IMG/VR virus record: IMGVR_UViG_3300045988_035404
Reading direction: 5' to 3' (one strand)
Source of the DNA: a virus
DNA: 45,145 nt
The translations under genes were made by a program, and so were the position numbers. Numbering within the stretch: the first letter of the stretch is position 1; the number at the start of each line of letters is the position of its first letter. Shown piece by piece: positions 17,301 to 26,426 of this stretch. Below the pieces are notes generated by a model. The model was given only the letters and a program-made list of their open reading frames with translations. It was not told the DNA's origin and did not search any database.

Positions 17301-18932
17301 GAATTTCAGACCTTGTCCAAAGCCCTTGTATGTTTCTGCGATACCTTTGAATAACGCTGTCAGCACTCCCTTAATCGCATTGCCAGATGACTTGATGACG
17401 TTAGACATACCGCTGAATAGCTGGGTAATTGTTGATTTAGAACGTTTCGCACTATTAGCAGCTTGCGCTGTCCCTTCCGCCGCATCCGCCCCGAACTTCT
17501 TGAACGGATTGAGACTTTTAATGAAATCCAACCCTCTCAACGCCGCGCTAACGGCTGAAATACCAGCCTTTGCAGTCATAAACGCTGCTACCATTGCCAG
17601 TATCCCGCCAGTAACGCCGTTGAGCACTCCTTTAGGTAGGCTGCTTACAAATTTAGCAACCGCTGACGCTGCTTGAGATATCCAATTTACAAGCGTTCCA
17701 AGAGCTGAGGCAATGCTTGCAATGACTGACTGCACTTGTGAGCTACCCAGCACCTCACCAATAGATGAACCGATAGTTTTAAGAGCGTTCCAAGTATCTT
17801 GAACCGCTGCTTTGAACGATTGAAACGCCCCGGTATCAGCAAATGAGCTGATGAAACTTCTAACTGATGTAGTGGCAATATTTAGAGCTTGTGAGATACC
17901 GTTGGCAATATCGCCAAACACCGAGCCAATGCCCTGCATGAGCTTACTACCATCAATGTTGCTAAATAGTTGCTTGATTGAGCTTGAGATGTAAGTAAAA
18001 GTAGCCCCCAGATTCTTCAAAGCTCCCGTATTAGAGAAGCCTTTCCAAAGAGAAGACAAACCACTGCCAATCTTGTCAACAATTCCGTTGATATCAACTC
18101 TTTCTAATGCATCCGTTAGCCCAACGACTGCCTTGATACCAATTTGATTGAGTTTCTCAAACTGTGGCATTAGTTTATTAGCTAGCGATTCCTTCATACC
18201 GTCGATAGCTTGGTCAACAGTCTTGAATTCTGTGGCCATCTTACTAAACGCCTCATTATTACCGACTTTAGTGATAGCGTCAAAGAAATCCTCGGTTTTA
18301 ATCTTGCCGTCTTGGACAGCTTTGACCATTTCGCTTGTACTCATGCCCATTTCCTTAGCTACCGCCGCAATACCAGCGGGCGTTTGCTCTAGCATGAGTT
18401 TGAAGTCTTGCCACTGTACCTTAGGTTTAGCAGCCATTTGAGTCGCTTGTTGGCTCAAGGTCTTCATGGCTTGAGCTGGGTTTTCAGCCGCTGCCGCAAG
18501 ACCACCAAAACCCTTAACAAGCTCGGTTGTATTCTTGGTTCCAACTGCTGCTAACTGTGAGTAGGTAGAGGCCATGTCAGACGCTGAATAGATGGTTTTA
18601 GTGGCAAAGTCTTGCAACTCGCTTTTGGCTTTTTGTATTTGGTCGGTAGGCATGTTGATTTGGCGCATGTTGCCTTCGAAAGTCTTCCATGCTTTAGCCG
18701 AGCTATTAAGCTCACTAGCCATGCCACGCATGCCACTAGTCAATGCACCGATTCCCTTAGTAATACCAGCACTAACTAAATTAGCGCCCAAAACACTTTT
18801 GAAAACCGAGCCTAACTTGGTGCCAGTTTTGCCCAAATTCTCAGCGTTTTGTTGCGCCCTTTTGAGTGCGCTAGACATGCCGTTATCTTGAGCGCTTAAT
18901 ATCGCTCGGACGTTAAACGTTTTATCTGCCAT
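14382..18932 (-). CDS. Tape measure protein, 1516 aa
   Basis: It is the second-largest ORF (Tal is slightly larger) and lies downstream of the G/G-T chaperones. It has a long Ala/Ser/Thr/Gly/Ile-rich helical repeat core. Confidence 0.9.
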   Translation of the reverse strand: MADKTFNVRAILSAQDNGMSSALKRAQQNAENLGKTGTKLGSVFKSVLGANLVSAGITKGIGALTSGMRGMASELNSSAKAWKTFEGNMRQINMPTDQIQKAKSELQDFATKTIYSASDMASTYSQLAAVGTKNTTELVKGFGGLAAAAENPAQAMKTLSQQATQMAAKPKVQWQDFKLMLEQTPAGIAAVAKEMGMSTSEMVKAVQDGKIKTEDFFDAITKVGNNEAFSKMATEFKTVDQAIDGMKESLANKLMPQFEKLNQIGIKAVVGLTDALERVDINGIVDKIGSGLSSLWKGFSNTGALKNLGATFTYISSSIKQLFSNIDGSKLMQGIGSVFGDIANGISQALNIATTSVRSFISSFADTGAFQSFKAAVQDTWNALKTIGSSIGEVLGSSQVQSVIASIASALGTLVNWISQAASAVAKFVSSLPKGVLNGVTGGILAMVAAFMTAKAGISAVSAALRGLDFIKSLNPFKKFGADAAEGTAQAANSAKRSKSTITQLFSGMSNVIKSSGNAIKGVLTALFKGIAETYKGFGQGLKFALQGLKGLSSAQILSFATGIAIAAVGIGAGIGIIVASFALLATQSQGVSQILNAVGSAFSTAFQGIGKAVGAVVEAFGTAFATVITAVGQAAPGLARLAPLVVAVGAAIGQAAPAITAFGNAWTSILGTLPAIINAFSGLASALGSAISQIAAAITPIIQIISDTITSVVQIISNTIIAIAPIITSAIVQIVEVLASHAPQIAMILQVVVAAMQTMAPVFQTLYQSIVAVVQALAPVLSQLIQGIVTVVQTLAPVVSQIVSAIISIVQMLVPVLQSIITGIVAIFSQIAPIISAIGGVIGTTLQGIATVVQSAGMAIATAAMGIGQGIATALSGVTSIISSTGSAIGAALQGIASVVQSVGTSISTAAEGIGTGIKSAFEGISSVITSAGSAISSVLNSLANVFNSIGTAAQKAGSGFNQLANGVVKITNTNLGDMAASLAAVAKGVGSIGNNSAGLAQAGTGMTNLGNGMSKVSSSASSAVSGLTSFSSTITSIQSSFTNLQSLLTTAGTAFSTFSSQASQSLAGLTAIVAPITAFRTQIMTLAPALTQAASGLTQFSSISTALSSSMTAISASMTVLTASLTSLASQLTMITSSMTTVSAGMTMFGTGMTAIGTALTMLNSQFMMFATSLMQLTTQFTTAVMPLNMFNMALTMMAPALMLASTGFMQFNAQVVQSVTGMTALSTAIATIPAILTAVASTANNAASAIMRIATSAPLIASAMNSAAGQVQSAMQRMAQAVQSSGQRMIQMGRQAGTQTGRNIASGIQSAVGQVGSAMDSLVNAAAARANAGVGRMRAAGAQIGNGLAQGMLSALGAVTAAANALVAQAERAAQAAAQIHSPSRRFRDNVGIYIGQGLAVGIDKSVKYVKSSIADMIDTASRYAISARDLFEDNNIFDSFDGGKMRGSLDLSLADDARMDRLEQALDLITELVERPILLNINGREFAYAAADDMSSYQKAQEFTYKRMRGLE

Positions 18933-19239
18933 CTAGCAACCCTCTTTCCATTTTGTAATTAAGATTGTTTCGAGCTCGTTCTAACAGTTTGCTGTTGGTG
19001 ATTTTCTCACCTAGCACCTCACGGGCTCGTTCTTTAGCATTATAGAAGTCCTCGAATTTCTCGAAGTAATACTTTTTGCCATCTTTCGTCGTAGCATTCG
19101 CCAAGCGATTGAGATAAGCAAGTTGATAGATTTCTCTTTCTTTATTCAGATAGCGCTTCTTGTGCGCTTTCTGATAGAGCTTCATCTCTTTAAGCGTCAT
19201 TCTTCGAGCTTCAAGCAATGACACACCAAAATCAGCCAT
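18922..19239 (-). CDS. Tail assembly chaperone T portion (expressed as a G-T fusion by -1 frameshift)
   Basis: Its frame is open upstream to 19374 and is -1 relative to gpG. Confidence 0.7.
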   Translation of the reverse strand: MADFGVSLLEARRMTLKEMKLYQKAHKKRYLNKEREIYQLAYLNRLANATTKDGKKYYFEKFEDFYNAKERAREVLGEKITNSKLLERARNNLNYKMERGLLDGR

Positions 19240-19301
19240 GGCATTAGTAATTAATTCCTCGTATGTTTCAGCTGAGTTTTGGCTATCACTTGTGGTTTTA
19301 G

Positions 19302-19655
19302 CTACTCTGTTGCTTCTTCCACTCGTTTCACGGTTGCTTTCGTCAAAGGCTGCGTACGCAATGCTGATAAAAAATCTTCAAAAAGTGTGTCAAGTTGGTC
19401 TTTCTCGGCCACTTCAACAACATAAGCTTCAATGCCTTTAACAGACGGTTTTTGACGTTCTGTAATTGTTGCCGCTTGAATGAGATCAAGCAAGATTACT
19501 GGATTTTTTTGTTGCAAATCAACGACTGCGTGCTGCACACCAAAACCGAACGAAACACCACCGTCTGAAACAGAATAGCGTTTGTCAAGCTCTCGGATGA
19601 AGTCGAAGCCGTAAGTCAAAGTGTAGTCTTTATTTTCGATAGTGATTGTGTTCAT
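19302..19655 (-). CDS. Tail assembly chaperone G
   Basis: The ATG at 19655 has an AGGAG SD; the track start at 19715 is an unsupported extension. It lies between the major tail protein and TMP. Confidence 0.75.
   Translation of the reverse strand: MNTITIENKDYTLTYGFDFIRELDKRYSVSDGGVSFGFGVQHAVVDLQQKNPVILLDLIQAATITERQKPSVKGIEAYVVEVAEKDQLDTLFEDFLSALRTQPLTKATVKRVEEATE
19368..19374 (-). promoter_or_regulatory. Slippery heptamer T_TTT_TTA for the -1 G-T frameshift
   Basis: The zero frame reads GAT TTT TTA. The -1 frame has a TGA immediately upstream and is then open into the 105-aa ORF. Confidence 0.6.
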
Positions 19656-19730
19656 TGTTTGTTTACTCCTATTTTTTTCTAAAATAAAAAGCCAAACTGA
19701 AACAGCTTGGCTCAAGATAATTACATACTA

Positions 19731-20237
19731 TTAGAGGGAATTGATCGCAGTAGTGTCCTGGAATGTGTATTGAATTTCCTTGACTTGCTCGGCCGTCAGT
19801 GTAGCTTCACCAGCTTGTGGTTTACCTTCGACTGACATTTCTGATTCGATTTCTACAAGTTCCTCAACGTTAGCTGGCACTTTCCAGTTTGACAAGCGTC
19901 CGATGGCATAGAGTGCGCCATATTTGCCGTTGTCCTTTTTGTCAGACAAGTCGATTTCCCAAACTTCGACCTTGTAGCCGTCGACTACTGATTTTTTCAA
20001 CATTTCGTTGAGTTCATCTTTTGTTCCAATGGCAGTGATTGAGAGTTTGGTTTCAAGACCGCCGTCTGCAACTACTGCACCATCTTTGGTTTTTGTAGTG
20101 TCCGCATCTCGTGAGTATTCCCATTCATGCTCAGTTTGCAGCGCAAGCTTAGCCGCTGCTGTCTTGTCTCCGAATTTACGGAACATTAAGATCTTCTCTT
20201 TCCCTAGTTGGGCTTCTTTGACTTTGTTTTCAGCCAT
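19731..20237 (-). CDS. Major tail protein
   Basis: 168 aa at the position before the chaperones. The sequence resembles phi13-family major tail proteins. Confidence 0.8.
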   Translation of the reverse strand: MAENKVKEAQLGKEKILMFRKFGDKTAAAKLALQTEHEWEYSRDADTTKTKDGAVVADGGLETKLSITAIGTKDELNEMLKKSVVDGYKVEVWEIDLSDKKDNGKYGALYAIGRLSNWKVPANVEELVEIESEMSVEGKPQAGEATLTAEQVKEIQYTFQDTTAINSL

Positions 20238-20246
20238 GTTTTCCTC

Positions 20247-20633
20247 CTAAACAAATTTAAAATACGTATAGACGATAAAGTGATATAAAACTTCATCCGT
20301 GCTGTTATCTCGATTGCTATCAATCGACGACTGATTGACCTCTGCTGAAAATTGCATGCCGTCGATATTTTTGATAGCAAAAAAGCTAGACATTAACTGT
20401 CCAGCCATATCTGATAATAATTTCCGGTCATCCACACGCCCCCAAATATGCACAGTGGACGATAAACGCCCAATTAAGCGTGATTTGGTAGCTTGTGGCA
20501 AGGCCTTTGTTTCTCCCATGACTACGAACGGATAGGCCACGTTTTCGGGCGGCAAATAAGTATAGGTGTCATATCCCAACTCACTACTAATCCGAAACAT
20601 TTCGTCATGAAGTAACTGATCTGGTTGTTTCAT
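20247..20633 (-). CDS. Tail terminator / head-tail joining protein
   Basis: The ATG at 20633 forms an ATGA overlap with the upstream stop; the track start at 20645 is GTG. Called from position. Confidence 0.6.
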   Translation of the reverse strand: MKQPDQLLHDEMFRISSELGYDTYTYLPPENVAYPFVVMGETKALPQATKSRLIGRLSSTVHIWGRVDDRKLLSDMAGQLMSSFFAIKNIDGMQFSAEVNQSSIDSNRDNSTDEVLYHFIVYTYFKFV

Positions 20634-20974
20634 GTTTCGTCCCACTTAGCCATCTCTTCAACCATCTTAGGCGCTACTTCTTCAAGAGCTGGTTGCATAA
20701 ATGGCTGTGCTTCCATCTTCCGTGTTCCTACTTCGACGTAACCTGAGTAGCTAGTTAACGCTTCAACGACTGCCCTGTCACTTCCAGCTTGCAAGGTAAT
20801 ACTTCTACGAGTAGCACCAGTTGAATAGCCTTTAGTGAATTGTGCCTTGTTAATAGCAGCCTCTTTTAATTTGGCTCCGTATTTCCTCAAAACTTTTGAA
20901 CGTTTTTCGGGCGATGCATTTCTCAATAGGCTTTGAGCCATTTCGTCCAAGCCTTCAAATTCTAGCGTCCCCAT
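20630..20974 (-). CDS. HK97 gp10-family tail completion protein
   Basis: The motif SGYVEVGTRKMEAQPFM and its position. Confidence 0.7.
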   Translation of the reverse strand: MGTLEFEGLDEMAQSLLRNASPEKRSKVLRKYGAKLKEAAINKAQFTKGYSTGATRRSITLQAGSDRAVVEALTSYSGYVEVGTRKMEAQPFMQPALEEVAPKMVEEMAKWDET

Positions 20975-21288
20975 TATTTGCCTACCTTGTTAGCATAGAT
21001 GACGTTGCGACCAGCTAGATAGCCCCTCGCAGTAACAGGTTTGTATTTGGCGCCATTGTATTCAATTGTGTCGATTCCAACTGTGATAGGGCTTCTAAAC
21101 CTAACAACGATGCTGTTAGCGTTCAATAGGTCTCCTAGTTTAGCTTGTAAGTCAAGGCTAGCACCAGTGACATTGCACGCTATCGTTCTAGCCCACTCCT
21201 TACCGCCAACCATGCAACCTAATTTGGGATCGTAGCGCTTATTTGTCTTATCGTTATATTTCAACACTACGGTATCAGCGTATCTCAT
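20974..21288 (-). CDS. Head closure / head-tail adaptor protein
   Basis: 104 aa, positioned between the connector and gp10-like genes. Confidence 0.65.
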   Translation of the reverse strand: MRYADTVVLKYNDKTNKRYDPKLGCMVGGKEWARTIACNVTGASLDLQAKLGDLLNANSIVVRFRSPITVGIDTIEYNGAKYKPVTARGYLAGRNVIYANKVGK

Positions 21289-21626
21289 AGAAATAGCACC
21301 TCACCCTCTTTAGATTGCCCAGAATTGCCATATAGACGCTGTAGCATGTCGTCGTAAGGTTTGAACTCATTCTCATTGTCGTAATACGACATAGAATGCC
21401 CGTCAACCGATTCAGATTTAGCGCCCTCAGCACCTCGACGATTGAAGCGTTTAATTACGCAATCTTCGAAAATGAATGCTAGTTTGTTATCGATTTCTTC
21501 GACGCCATACTCGGCCTTGAAATGGTTAACGACACGCTCCAACAGAATTTCAAGTAAATCATCGTCGTTGGTGTTAAGGTCAACGGATACATTTTCAATG
21601 ATTTGGTCTTTGTCCAATGTCTCCAT
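21285..21626 (-). CDS. Head-tail connector (gp6-like)
   Basis: Acidic 113-aa protein downstream of the capsid gene, separated from it by the 53-aa ORF at 21638-21799. Typical gp6-like N-terminus. Confidence 0.65.
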   Translation of the reverse strand: METLDKDQIIENVSVDLNTNDDDLLEILLERVVNHFKAEYGVEEIDNKLAFIFEDCVIKRFNRRGAEGAKSESVDGHSMSYYDNENEFKPYDDMLQRLYGNSGQSKEGEVLFL

Positions 21627-21637
21627 GCCACACCTCG

Positions 21638-21799
21638 CTATTCTGCTGTCTTTTTAGTTCGTGTTCTTTTCTTCGGTTTGTCGTCTTGCACGTAACCAAG
21701 TTCAATAAGTTCCTCAGTACGTTCGCCATCGTACAAGTCTCCGACGTAGTAAACTGTGCCGTCAGTCTTATCCATAAATGCTTTTAATACGATATTCAT
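21638..21799 (-). CDS. Small 53-aa protein (HeH/Rho-N-like), not in the ORF track
   Basis: Hand translation gives MNIVLKAFMDKTDGTVYYVGDLYDGERTEELIELGYVQDDKPKKRTRTKKTAE. It fills the gap between the capsid and connector genes. Confidence 0.55.
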   Translation of the reverse strand: MNIVLKAFMDKTDGTVYYVGDLYDGERTEELIELGYVQDDKPKKRTRTKKTAE

Positions 21800-21811
21800 A
21801 ATTGACACCTA

Positions 21812-22858
21812 TTAAAGCGCTGGAATTACAGTGAGCATGTAAACATCATCCAAACGTTCGAACGATGGCAATGCTACCATAGAGACTTTAGTTTGGACGT
21901 TGACTGGATCAGTAGTTTTAGTTGTAGTCACCGCAATACCGTTGTTCACAATTTCAACGTCCGCATTAACAGTGTTATCAGCGAACAAGTCTGATTCTTC
22001 TGGAGTTGTACCGAAAACAGTATTACCAAGAGCACCGTTAGGGATAAGCGTCAAATGCCCGTCTGGGAAGAATTTAGAAACCTCGCCTTTGTCATTTCGG
22101 TAAGTGCCGTTTTCAAGAACGATTGACACGCCAAAATTGTCAGCGATATAGTTTTCAAGTTCTGATTTAGTAACCGCAGCACCATCACCCGCAAGAGGTT
22201 TGATGACTTTAACAGTTGACGCTGCCTTACGGATAAGACCGAATGTTTTGGCATTCATTACAGCACGTTCTGGATTAAGTCCAAGCTCGCGTGCTGTTTC
22301 GATAGCTTCTTCCAAATCAGCAAGAGGTTTAGCGTCTGCTTCAGCCCAGCTCTTAGTTACTTGTTTTTTGTGCTCTGGTTTAACGCCGTAGTCGATATCC
22401 TTGTCTACGCCGCCGCTTGTGAAAGCAATCTTACCAGTGGCAAGCACTTGCATGCGCATAGCTTCAAGTCGAGCACGGGCACCGTTGATAAGTGTCACGT
22501 CGTCATTAAAAATGCCAGCTACGATTGTGTTAACCAACGCTTCGTTGCCAGAGTCTTTCACAAGATTGAGCTGTTGACGGTCATTTTCCTTAACAAGCAT
22601 AGCCTCTTTGAAGAATGGCATTTGTTCGTCATGCATCTCAGCGCTAACACGGTCACGAATTGTAACGTTAGTATCGAATGCAGCGGCTTTCAAGACAACA
22701 GCTTGACCAGACGCTCCTTTGACGTAAGACAATTTAGTTCCAAGTTGTTTGCGTGCTGGGAAAATAGACTCACCCAATGTCGAGTTAACATTTTCTTGCA
22801 ACGCATTGAAGTAACCAGCAATGTTAGATGCGGTTACTTTATCGTAAATAAGTCCCAT
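21812..22858 (-). CDS. Major capsid protein (capsid protein E-like family)
   Basis: 348 aa, downstream of the scaffold and decoration genes. The N-terminal pattern GESIFPARKQLG is typical. Confidence 0.85.
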   Translation of the reverse strand: MGLIYDKVTASNIAGYFNALQENVNSTLGESIFPARKQLGTKLSYVKGASGQAVVLKAAAFDTNVTIRDRVSAEMHDEQMPFFKEAMLVKENDRQQLNLVKDSGNEALVNTIVAGIFNDDVTLINGARARLEAMRMQVLATGKIAFTSGGVDKDIDYGVKPEHKKQVTKSWAEADAKPLADLEEAIETARELGLNPERAVMNAKTFGLIRKAASTVKVIKPLAGDGAAVTKSELENYIADNFGVSIVLENGTYRNDKGEVSKFFPDGHLTLIPNGALGNTVFGTTPEESDLFADNTVNADVEIVNNGIAVTTTKTTDPVNVQTKVSMVALPSFERLDDVYMLTVIPAL

Positions 22859-22875
22859 GTTTTAATAGTCCCCCT

Positions 22876-23235
22876 TTATTTTTCAGAGATAAATTTGATA
22901 AGCGGCAAAGCTTTCTTAACAGCGTCGTCTACCTCGCCACCGTTAACTTTGTTTTTGTAGACCTCACCAGCATAGAGCACTGAAACGGCGTTCTCGATTG
23001 TCAAATCTACATCATAGAGAACGATTCCTTCTGGTGCTGTTTTGTTTTCTACAACAGCTTTTGTACGATCATCAAAGATTGAGCCGTCTTTACCAGCAAC
23101 CAATGTACCGGCTTTGATGTACTTTTTGCCGTCTACCAATACACCGTCATAAGTTTTGTCTACTGTCGCCGCCACTGCCTTGTAAGGCAATGAGCGAACA
23201 ATGTTTGAAGTGTCAAAAATTTTTGTTGTTGACAT
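22876..23235 (-). CDS. Putative head decoration protein
   Basis: 119 aa, between the scaffold and major capsid genes. Confidence 0.45.
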   Translation of the reverse strand: MSTTKIFDTSNIVRSLPYKAVAATVDKTYDGVLVDGKKYIKAGTLVAGKDGSIFDDRTKAVVENKTAPEGIVLYDVDLTIENAVSVLYAGEVYKNKVNGGEVDDAVKKALPLIKFISEK

Positions 23236-23254
23236 TTAAAGATTCCTTTCTGTT

Positions 23255-23836
23255 TTAGATAAAACGAGCAGCCGGAACGCTCGTAGACTTAGCAAGTTGA
23301 GCCCCAAAATTGTCCGTTTGAGCATCACCGGCGCTTGCAGCTTTAGGTGAATTTTGACGGATAGTAGCTTTGACTTGATTAGCGACGGCATCGTTGAAGA
23401 CTTTCTCAAATGTGCCGACCATCTTAAGAGCATCAGCGGCGTTTTCAGCATGACTAAACATATCAGCCAATTCGACTGGCAAGCCTTTAGAAACAAGGTC
23501 TTCTTTGACAGCCATATTTAACTTTTCAAACTCAAATTGTGCTACTTGCTTTTCAAATTCTGCTTTTTGGTCTTCAAATTCCTTGTTAGCCCGCTCAGCA
23601 GCAGATAATTTTGAATAGTCTTGTTCTTTTTGTAATGCTTTGGCGATTGCTTCGTTTACTCGTGCTTCTTCGCCCTTTTTCTGATTTTTCAAAGCAGTTT
23701 GGACTGCCTTGTTGACAATACTATCCAGTTCTGACTGTGATTGCGGCGCTTGGAAGTCGCTCGGTTGATTGTTATCAACGTCATGGCTTACTTCCTCAGT
23801 TTCGACCGTTTCGACTGTTGTGTTATCTGGTTCCAT
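23255..23836 (-). CDS. Capsid scaffolding protein (DUF4355-like)
   Basis: Acidic N-terminus, long coiled coil, and position upstream of the capsid gene. Confidence 0.75.
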   Translation of the reverse strand: MEPDNTTVETVETEEVSHDVDNNQPSDFQAPQSQSELDSIVNKAVQTALKNQKKGEEARVNEAIAKALQKEQDYSKLSAAERANKEFEDQKAEFEKQVAQFEFEKLNMAVKEDLVSKGLPVELADMFSHAENAADALKMVGTFEKVFNDAVANQVKATIRQNSPKAASAGDAQTDNFGAQLAKSTSVPAARFI

Positions 23837-24022
23837 TTTGTTCTCCTATCTAGTCTCGCAAGCGATACCCTTTCTAAGCCACGTTAAGGCTAGCTACGCC
23901 CTATCTAGTCTTGTCTAGTGTATTTACCCGCAAGCCACGGTAGTAATGTTTATTTAGGGCTTAGAATAGCCCTATGCACCATTAGAGGCTCGCCCCCTAC
24001 GGTTTCTTGAAAACATGGTGCA

Positions 24023-24916
24023 CTATTCAACCTCAGCTACTGCACACCGGCAGTACGGGTGAATAGGCGGCGCATTCGTCCCGATTTCCATATCAGCGAT
24101 TCTGACAGGATTCTTTTCCGTCTCCTCGCCAATACCCTTACAAATCGAGCACGCTCGACTTTCTGGCATGAGCTTAAAAAACTCAAAGCCATTCTCTTTC
24201 ATAATATCTTGCTGAGCTAACGTCTGGACTCTAGCATGCTCTGTGATGCCTAAACGCTCTGCATTAGTACGTGACACATCCATGTGTTTCCTGATACGTC
24301 TTGCAATCGTCAAGCCGTTGTCTCCACGAATTAGAGCCCTTGTCACCTCAGTTCTAACTAGTTGTCTTAACTGTGCATTTCTGCCCCAAATACGCTCTGA
24401 CCACTTAGCCCCCTCAAAGTTTGCGTTAACAGCCGTCTCCATGGCATGGGCTAGAATGTTACCCTTTAGCACGCTCTGATCTAACAAGCTACCTCTTGCC
24501 ATCTCAGCTTTATAAGCAGTGTTTAGATACTCTCGAGTGAGTTTCTCTTCCTCGCTAGCAAGAGACATTAACTCAAGTTCTAATTGCTGGATAAGCAGCT
24601 CACGCCTACCGACTGACATTGAAAAGTTGTAGTTTCTCAATTCCTCGTTAGCTGTAGCACTGAAATCTTTCTCGGCAACATAGCGTCTGGCTTTGCTTTC
24701 AAACCCCTTAATGTCGAATTCGTTAGCACGTTTCTTAGCGTCTTCAACAGCTACCCCGTTCTTTTCAGCAAAATTCTGGATATAAGCATCCAACTCTTTG
24801 CGCAACTGCCCTAACTCCATCCGATAGAGGTCCTCGAGTTCTTTTTTAAACTCTTTTTCTGACTTCTGGTCAGCTCGCTCTCTCTCACGTTGGGCACGCT
24901 CTGACCAATATGTCAT
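24023..24916 (-). CDS. Minor capsid protein (SPP1 gp7 / Mu F-like)
   Basis: ATGA overlap with the portal stop. C-terminal Cys cluster CSICKG...HPYCRC. Confidence 0.8.
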   Translation of the reverse strand: MTYWSERAQRERERADQKSEKEFKKELEDLYRMELGQLRKELDAYIQNFAEKNGVAVEDAKKRANEFDIKGFESKARRYVAEKDFSATANEELRNYNFSMSVGRRELLIQQLELELMSLASEEEKLTREYLNTAYKAEMARGSLLDQSVLKGNILAHAMETAVNANFEGAKWSERIWGRNAQLRQLVRTEVTRALIRGDNGLTIARRIRKHMDVSRTNAERLGITEHARVQTLAQQDIMKENGFEFFKLMPESRACSICKGIGEETEKNPVRIADMEIGTNAPPIHPYCRCAVAEVE

Positions 24917-26421
24917 ACGTCAACCCTCGTAGAATCGTTTGTGTGCGTTTTTTTATCCTCATCGGTATATTTGCCTACGTGATTATTAAAATCGCTAGAA
25001 TACCCCTTAATATCGATTTCAGACACCTCTCTATTCATTCTGTCGAGTTCCTCGGTTGGACTCTCGACCAAACCAGACAAGCTCAAAGCTGTTTCTTGCG
25101 ATACTTGACCACCCAAACCGGTCAATACTTCAACTTGTTCAGCAAGTGAACGAGGTAAGTTTGGCGTGAAGATGATATTCAAGAGACTTTCGTCAAAATC
25201 TTTAAACTCATTGACCAGCGAGCCAATACGAGCAGCGAGACGATAACGACGTTTCAACCCTTTAGTGAATTGCGATTGTGTATCGATACGGTCTTGATCC
25301 AACCCAAATAATTTGTATTTTAATGCTTCACCGGACGTATTCCCGCTGAAATTCGTGTCTGACATGTCCGGGGTGTTTGTAAATACATGAATATCTTTAT
25401 TCAAGCGTGTCTTATACGCTTCAACACCAGTGACGTCATAGGATTTAGTGAGGTACTCAGCTTTAACTGTGCCCTCTTTACCGTCCGCTGCTTTAGGCGG
25501 TTTAAGTTGCATTAAACGAGCACGCTTCATGTCGCTAGCCTTCATGCCTTGAGGCAACGCTAAGTCACCATAGATAGCAAGGATAGCGTCAGCCATGTCG
25601 CTCATGTGATTCGCCGTGTCAGATTCTGCACTATCGTACAAATCAATTAGATAAAGCTCAGTCTCATAATCACCAATACCATCAACATTGTTTAAAAACT
25701 CTGTAATCGGTACAGTACCGAATGCGTGAGTTGTCACTGAAATCTCGTTAAAGCTATCTGACACATCAAGCGTATAGATGTATTCGGCTGTGTAGACTTC
25801 CACGACCTCTCTGGCATTTTCAAGAAAACCACGCTTATAGTAACGGACGGCTGCGATAGAGTTATCTTCTAGCGAATTATCATAGATTACGAATGTATCT
25901 AGCGGGCTAAGACGTTTGATGCGTGTTTCATCGTACTCGCTGCGATAGATAAGCTCGTAAGCTCTACCCGTTTGAGATAAGTCTCTGATAAGCGTTCTAT
26001 TGTGTGTGTCGATATCGTTAACACGTCCAATGCGCTTAATCGCTTCATCATTTTGCGAGTGATCATTATTGTCGTCATATTCCACACGAATAGGATTACC
26101 AGCTAAATAGCCCGTTTTAAACTTGCTAATCATACGACCGTAGTTGTGTACGGCTCGTTTATCAGCCATTTCCTTATCCTTGCGTCTTCCAGACTTAAGG
26201 ACGTCGTGGTTTTCACCTCTCGCATAGTCCATAAGTTCTTGAATGCGTGGGGCTTGTCTCAATTTGTGGTGATTGATGAAGTGTTTTAACAATTCCCAAT
26301 TACCAGCCATGAGTTCCTCTAAGCTATCAGCTCGATAGCGAATGCGGGACCCTCGATGGAAACGCAAGTTTAAAACTCGGTCTTGTCCGGTGCTATCTGT
26401 AAATAGTGTTCGTTCCATCAT
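24913..26421 (-). CDS. Portal protein (SPP1 gp6-like)
   Basis: 502 aa, directly after TerL. Confidence 0.85.
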   Translation of the reverse strand: MMERTLFTDSTGQDRVLNLRFHRGSRIRYRADSLEELMAGNWELLKHFINHHKLRQAPRIQELMDYARGENHDVLKSGRRKDKEMADKRAVHNYGRMISKFKTGYLAGNPIRVEYDDNNDHSQNDEAIKRIGRVNDIDTHNRTLIRDLSQTGRAYELIYRSEYDETRIKRLSPLDTFVIYDNSLEDNSIAAVRYYKRGFLENAREVVEVYTAEYIYTLDVSDSFNEISVTTHAFGTVPITEFLNNVDGIGDYETELYLIDLYDSAESDTANHMSDMADAILAIYGDLALPQGMKASDMKRARLMQLKPPKAADGKEGTVKAEYLTKSYDVTGVEAYKTRLNKDIHVFTNTPDMSDTNFSGNTSGEALKYKLFGLDQDRIDTQSQFTKGLKRRYRLAARIGSLVNEFKDFDESLLNIIFTPNLPRSLAEQVEVLTGLGGQVSQETALSLSGLVESPTEELDRMNREVSEIDIKGYSSDFNNHVGKYTDEDKKTHTNDSTRVDV

Positions 26422-26426
26422 TCCTC

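Noticed and set aside
15091-18891. Many 60-116-aa ORFs on the plus strand (and in other frames) inside the tape measure gene
   Set aside because: They are shadow ORFs generated by the Ala/Ser/Thr/Gly-rich repetitive coding sequence. None has an SD or independent support.
23236-23496. 86-aa ORF overlapping the scaffold gene
   Set aside because: It lies in an alternative frame entirely within the scaffold CDS, with no SD.
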